The notes beneath the pieces were generated by a model that was not told where the DNA came from, made no database searches, and worked only from the letters and a program-made list of their open reading frames with translations. A stretch of DNA of 64,000 nucleotides, from NCBI GenBank assembly GCA_023334545.1, contig JAADVB010000028.1, positions 46,957 to 110,956 on the forward strand, written 5' to 3'. Of this stretch, positions 58,274 through 64,000 are shown piece after piece (positions within the stretch are counted from its first letter, which is position 1; the number at the start of each line of letters is the position of its first letter). A program made the position numbers and the translations under genes. The stretch comes from Salisapilia sapeloensis CBS 127946 (lineage: Eukaryota > Protista > Oomycota).

Positions 58274-59836
58274 ATGGCGGACGACGTGCCTCCTTTCTCG
58301 CTTGGTTCGTGGAGTCTAGATGTATACGTTGAATTTGCAACTCATTGCAATCGATTGCATGGACGTTTGTGTGTATTTCCATAGACGCTCCTCGCTATGA
58401 CCAGTCTACTTACGTCGGTCGCTGGCGCCAATTCAAGGAGCTCACGTCCCCTCTGTACACACTTTAATTCACTTTACAACCGTTGCACGACCTCTGATAT
58501 TATGCCACTTTATCTAGAGCTTTGCTCGTATCAACGGAGCAGATTGAGGATGCGAGGGAGACACTGGCCAAGTACCGTCGAGGAGACATCACTCGAGACG
58601 ACGTTAGCGATGCTAAATTGTGGGATGCTCGTCGAGGTACTGTGTCCAGCTCAATGATACGGCCCGAAATAGTCTAATAATGCATTGCTAGTATATGAAT
58701 CTGCAGTACACCCGCAGACGGGGGAGATCATCCCAGCGATCTTTCGTCTATCAGCGTTCGTGCCGGCTAACATTCCCATTTCCGCTGGCATGCTCTTGAC
58801 TGCTCCAACAGTAGCTTTCTATTGATGTCCTATATTCCTGGCATTGAACTTACTTGAATTTGTAGCTTGGGAATACGATTTTCTGGCAATGGGTCAACCA
58901 GAGCTTTAACGCTGGTTTCAACTACGCCAACCGAAATGCGAGTGCTGAGCAAGACACCTCTGCCATCCTAAGTATATTTTCATTCCAATTGTCGAAACGG
59001 CATCACCTGACATGGACGTAGAATCCTATACGATGGCGACGGTTGTGTCTTGTGCGTCTGCGGTGGGACTTGGTCGCGCGCTTGACAAGGCCAAGTCGCT
59101 GTCTCCAGGCACACGCGCGTTCCTCGGCAAGGTACATAATTTGCCATTTACTGGGAAAGACAAGGCTGATGACTAATGGTAGATGGTTCCATTCACTGCT
59201 GTGGCGAGTGCTGGTGCCTTTAACGCTGTTGCGATGCGCTACAATGAGCTCGTGTACGTGCCTCTATCTTTTTTATTAATTTAGAAGCTAGATACTGACG
59301 ACTAAGCAGGACGGGCATTGATGTTGTCGATGAAGATGGTACAGTTCTTGGTCGATCTAAAGCGGCTGCAAGTCAGTGTCTGACGCAGGTGGCTCTAACG
59401 CGTGTGGCTATCCCCGTACCGAGTACGTATCTCCTACCTCATGATTTGTATCCAAGCGACATCCACATGTCGTTTTGTACCTGTCCAGTTGTGATCTAAC
59501 TTGTGTTTAATTCTGCAACTACCTAGTTCTCCTGCTGCCTCCGTATCTTTTCGAAGGGCTACGCGCGATGAAAATGATGCCGAAAGCAAAGGGACCTCGT
59601 ATTGCGACTGAACTAGGTACTTCTAATACGTCTCTTGTCTACCTTTGTTTATACATTTAACAACTGTGAGAATAGCCGTATTGACCATGTGCCTTTGGGG
59701 TGCATTCCCTGCGGCTGTCGCTTTGTTCCCGGAGAAGGGTCACATGGATGTGAAGAAACTAGAAGAAGAGTTTTGGAGCTCGCTGAAGAAAGATGGCAAG
59801 CCCGTGGAGCAAGTGACGTACCACAAGGGCATCTGA
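58274..59836 (+). CDS. SFXN: Sideroflexin (mitochondrial tricarboxylate/serine carrier family), multi-exon
   Basis: PRYDQSTYVGRWRQF, AVHPQTGEIIPAIFRLSAFVPANIPI, FWQWVNQSFNAGFNYANRNAS, VPFTAVASAGAFN and C-terminal TYHKGI. Confidence 0.94.
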
Positions 59837-60360
59837 TGTTGTCGATCTGATTGCTTGGTTTCAATCGATTTGTGGCTAGGAACGATTGAGACGCAGATGG
59901 TGTAAGTGAATCCATAGTAGTTTTGGTGCTTGCAAGTTAGTGTTACTGGTGTCATGGATGAGTGGATGTTCCTGATGATGATAAATGACCGGAGTGCATC
60001 GGAGATACTTCTCTCTTCACTACTCTCCTTGGTTTATGGAGAGTGGAGTATCGTATGAATCGAAAGTCATGGGGCAATGCAATATCTTTCGATGTTGCTA
60101 ATCTGCACGTGAAGGAACGCCTGCTCATCCTTGTTTTCAATCCATTCGTCAATAAATAGTTGTACGCAGCGTTAGTCAGTCTAGTATGCTGGTGGATTCC
60201 ATGGACCATAAACGTTGAAAGGCTGGCTTTCGATGATGAAGCCATGCTTTGACCAGTATCGTCTGCATCTTTTAGTCAATCAGAAATCTCCCGTCCACTC
60301 CATTTCTGCCATTATTGCTTCTGCAACTCACCTCGCAAGTCGACCTTAACATCTTCCATA

Positions 60361-60855
60361 ATGTCGACTATTGCACTGCAACTACAAGAAGCCCATGGTT
60401 ACGTGCCATTGCTTATCGTCGGCTACTTTTTCGTAGAGCTATGGGCCGCCCATCGTGTTTATCGAGCCCGCGAGCTTTACGACGTGCCGTACCCGCAAAT
60501 GTACGCTTACAAGGACAATAAGCATTGCAACAAGTTCAATTGTATCCTACGAGCCGAGCAGAACTTAAGCGAAAAGATGCCGATAACGTTAGCATTACAA
60601 GTGACATCGAGCATCCTGCGGCCAGAAATTGCAGCATTCTGTGGTGCAATGAGACTAGCTTCTTTCATCGTATACATCAAAGGGTATTCGACTGGTGATC
60701 CGGCTAAGCGTCATCGTGCACTATTCGGTAACTTCGTTTCATATGACTCGTAGAAGACTATATCTTATGTTCGATGCATGATAGGCTACATCGGCACCCT
60801 TGGCATGCTATTCCTATCGGTCGAAGTAGGCGTTCGTATGCTCGGATGGCTTTAG
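60361..60855 (+). CDS. MGST3: MAPEG family protein (microsomal glutathione S-transferase 3-like), 1 intron
   Basis: RARELYDVPYPQMYA, FNCILRAEQN and GYSTGDPAKR. An intron near 60737-60784 adds the last TM exon ending MLGWL with TAG at 60855. Confidence 0.85.
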
Positions 60856-61500
60856 AGCCTAGTTATACCTTTTCTAGTTCAATCAATACAATACAGGACA
60901 TTTTCCATTTATAAGAACAATCCCATTCGAGTAGTTCGACTGCATTTGTACTTCAATGTGGCAGCTTTCTACTATCATGCGGTCACGACGAACGAGCACT
61001 TATACCCCATATCCAATTTTCCACGCCCATAACTACACCTTTGAATGCTGGTCAGTACTCACATCTATCGACTATGCTGATCAATTGCCCCTCTCAAGCA
61101 GCATACCTACATTCATATCCGTACTAGAGCCAAGCAAGCATAGGGAGTTCTTGTGAGAGACGGTAGTTGCGGATCCCAATGCGTACTTATCAAGTAGATT
61201 GTAGACAATAATAACGAAATCGATTCTTTATTTTCAATTTTACCAGATAACGAGTTCATTTTTTATTCCCGCATTGATTCCTCGTGCTATTTCAATCGTC
61301 CATACATGTGCATTGCTTAAAGTCGAGGCACTGATGTGTCTCTATTCTCCACGACGATGTCTTAGGACAGTAAAACTGCACCGCAAAGTTCAGGTTTCCA
61401 TGCATCACATTCCTGCGTGTTTTTGAAGTGTCTTGCTAAAAAATGACTCGAGAAAAATGACAAAGAATCGAATGCCTGAAGCCCCATATTAAGCTTATTC

Positions 61501-64000
61501 ATGAATGAAGCACTGTCGGAACAAGTTCTGCTGGCAGTGCAAGTCAGTTACTCGTCACAGACACCTCCAAATGAACGCCAGACAGCCTATGCATTTTGTG
61601 AGCAATTCAAGACTCGAGATGACTGTGCTCTGTATGCACTCGCCATTTATAAGCGACCTCAGTCCGAATTGCCAACCACAACTGCATCGCTAGAAATACC
61701 CACTCGCCAGCACTTTGCGCTACACTGTCTAAAAGATCATATCGTCTATAAATGGCGAAGCTTGAGCACCGAGGAGCAAATTCGTTTGCGAGATGAACTC
61801 GTGCAATTGCTTCTCGTCACTTGTCCGGGCGCAGAGGAGCCAAACTTTCTCAAGGAAAAGAAAGTTGCTCTTCTCGCCCAAGTAGCCAGGCGTCAGTTCC
61901 CTCAGCGATGGCCAAACTTCCTACCAGACTTGATTCAAGTGTGGCAGTCTGGTTCGAATGCACAAATCGAGATGATCATTCGAGTCTTGCGTTCTGTTGC
62001 AGAGGATTGTGCTACGTCTCACTTTAACTCGTCCATCCCACCTGCCAGACGAAAGGATATTCTACAAGGACTCAATGCTAGCTTAGCGCAGCTACTTCCA
62101 GTCGTCTACCGTGAGCTAGAACAACGCTACATTGCGTATCAGAATGGAGATACGACGTCTAGACCATTGATAGAGGCAGCAATGGAGATGCTCAAGGCGT
62201 TTCTCGAGTGGATGCCAGTGGACCAACCTATTGCTCCATCCTCCAACCTGTTTCTCGTCGCTGTACAGCTTCTCAGTGACTCTGCGCTGCGTATGAGTGC
62301 CGCCGACTGTCTAGAAACGTACATGACTCGAACGTTTGGAAAAGAGAATCTCCAAATCTTCCTTGACGCTTCTGCCACACTCCTAGACAAAGTCTCGCAG
62401 CTCAATCTAATCGACTTGGAGCCCGAGATAGAAGAAAATCTGCGTTTCCACTGCAAAGTGAACGACGTGCTTGTCACATGGGGCTCCAATCACATTGACT
62501 TACTACTCTCTGATCGACCAGATACGCAGACGAGAGGATATACTCTCCTCGTGTCTGGTCTCCAAACACTTGTAAAGCTGTTCAATCACCCGAGTGCTTT
62601 GATCGCCGAGACACAAGCTGCATTGTGGCTCAATTTGATCAAGAACAAACAGATTGCAGAGCGAGCGGCGGATCCGACCGTCTACCAACTCCTGACACAC
62701 CTTCGTCAGCTCTGCTTTGACAAGTACTTCAAGTTCGGGTCTCCTGAACGCGAGGACCCGCCCGGGAGTCTTGCATGTGCCGTGAGCGCTCTGGACTTTG
62801 ATGACCAGCACGAGTTCGTTGTGTTCTATGGCAACCTCCGAGGTCGACTCTACGGTCTCATTCGAGCATTGGTCCAACTGGATGTACCCACAGCCTTGCA
62901 AATGGTGTACGACCGACTGAACTTTGTCTACACGCAACATGCGTCTGCAGTCGACTATCTCTCGAGCACAGGGCAGGCGACGGAACTCAGCACCGCATAT
63001 ATATACCATGAAGGTGTCACAGCACTTCTCGATTGCGCCGTGAAGCAGCTACCATCTTCCGCATTGGCAGACGCAAGTACCTGCCAGACGATGCAGCCAT
63101 TAGTCCAACTCCTGTTCACGTATTCTACCTCTGATCCTCTCCTCAAATACCGACAGCTCTATGCGTTTAGTTCGTTTGTCAAATTCTACGAATAGGATGC
63201 AAGTCAGCTCACTCCTGTCTTTGAACTCTTGTTCGCTCATATCGAGTACGTTCAGCAGGGAGAGACGTCATTGGCGAACTTAAAATCTGACACCATGAAC
63301 GTCCGTCAACGTGCACTGTCGTCTCTCGTAAATATTTGCCAAGGTATCCCAGGCACCATCTTGCCTGTGCTTCCGACGCTGTGCACAAAAGCGCAGGAGC
63401 TCTTTGCTGCTGAACGTGTGAACGATTCGGAAGGTGTCATGCTGTACGAAATGCTGGTGTTAGTCTCGAACTCGATGGAGAGTGCGCAAGAGCGACAAGA
63501 CTTTGTCTATCAAGTCGCTCAGCAGCCTCTAGCGCAGTGGAATGATGCAAGTATCTCGGACCTCGTGAGCAGTCCAGAGCGACTGGTGCAGACAGTTGAA
63601 AATGCGTACGAGAATGCTGACGCTCGGAAGCGACTGCATCAGGTGATCAAGTGTCTAACGACATTGTATGGCGTCGCGAAACGAGCAGCAGCCAACTATG
63701 GTCGGAACCAATTTGACGCTTTTGAACCTCAATGGGGAGCGTTGCTGCCTAACTTGGTCGCGCTCATCCGGACGATGCATGCGCTGCAGGAACCAGCGAC
63801 GAAAGCAGCAGTGCTAAAGACGAGCTCTGCTTGCTGGCTTCTTGTGGTATCAATGGAGGAATTAGCGCAGCTACTTGGTGGTAAACACATGCTGACGGAT
63901 GAGCAACTGCAGCAGCTTCCTGTCGCTGCCAAGTGGAGTAAATGGAGTAAGAACGTCCGCGATGTAGCGTACCATATCCTTGGTTTAGCTTTCTCTCAGA
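61501..64000 (+). CDS. XPO5: Exportin-5 (importin-beta family), partial at the right edge; contains an in-frame TAG at 63193-63195
   Basis: RQTAYAFCEQFK, RQHFALHCL, FLKEKKVALLAQVARRQFPQRWP, PPARRKDILQGL and LDFDDQHEFVVFYGNLRGRL. The same frame stays open for 268 codons after the TAG, to the end of the window. Confidence 0.85.

Noticed and set aside
59952-60245. 97-aa minus-strand ORF between sideroflexin and MGST3
   Set aside because: No motif, signal or compositional coding evidence. It would sit in the 3' UTR and promoter zones of its neighbours.
63193-63195. Alternative genetic code (TAG = Gln) as the explanation of the XPO5 stop
   Set aside because: TAG terminates unambiguous genes in this window (BiP, MED31, CWC25, FTHFS at TAA/TAG ends), and other long ORFs show no internal TAGs.
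1-64000. tRNA, rRNA, CRISPR arrays, LTR/TIR elements, telomeric repeats
   Set aside because: None was recognised on reading either strand. A tRNAscan/Infernal/RepeatMasker run would be needed to exclude short or degenerate ones.

Overview
Gene-dense eukaryotic DNA, most likely from an oomycete or related stramenopile with a compact genome. This assignment is inferred from the gene content and from short GT-AG introns (mostly about 38-80 nt), intergenic gaps often under 150 nt, and oomycete-type genes such as an AA17-like LPMO and a myosin-PDZ. About 30 protein-coding genes are supported, most of them housekeeping: BiP, COG8, two SET methyltransferases, a giant CEP350-like protein, CWC25, UBE2H, EAF, MED31, FTHFS, a nucleoredoxin-like protein, myosin, MEMO1, DHTKD1, COQ9, PP2C, PUS3, PRIM2, a 2OG oxygenase, sideroflexin, MAPEG and exportin-5. 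I found no rRNA, tRNA, CRISPR array or recognisable transposon. The most unusual observations are: (1) an ORF of at least 777 codons at the left edge, missed by the ORF track and built from five (W/Y)xPF(R/E)GG membrane repeats; (2) a predicted single-pass membrane protein whose spliced tail ends in a beta-adaptin appendage-like domain; (3) a secreted protein made of five 8-Cys repeats; (4) a dynein-adaptor-like CC1-box coiled-coil gene directly behind a myosin with three PDZ-like domains; (5) a small SET protein with a mitochondrial-presequence-like N-terminus; and (6) a lone in-frame TAG inside exportin-5. All family assignments come from motif recognition by eye. No database searches were run.
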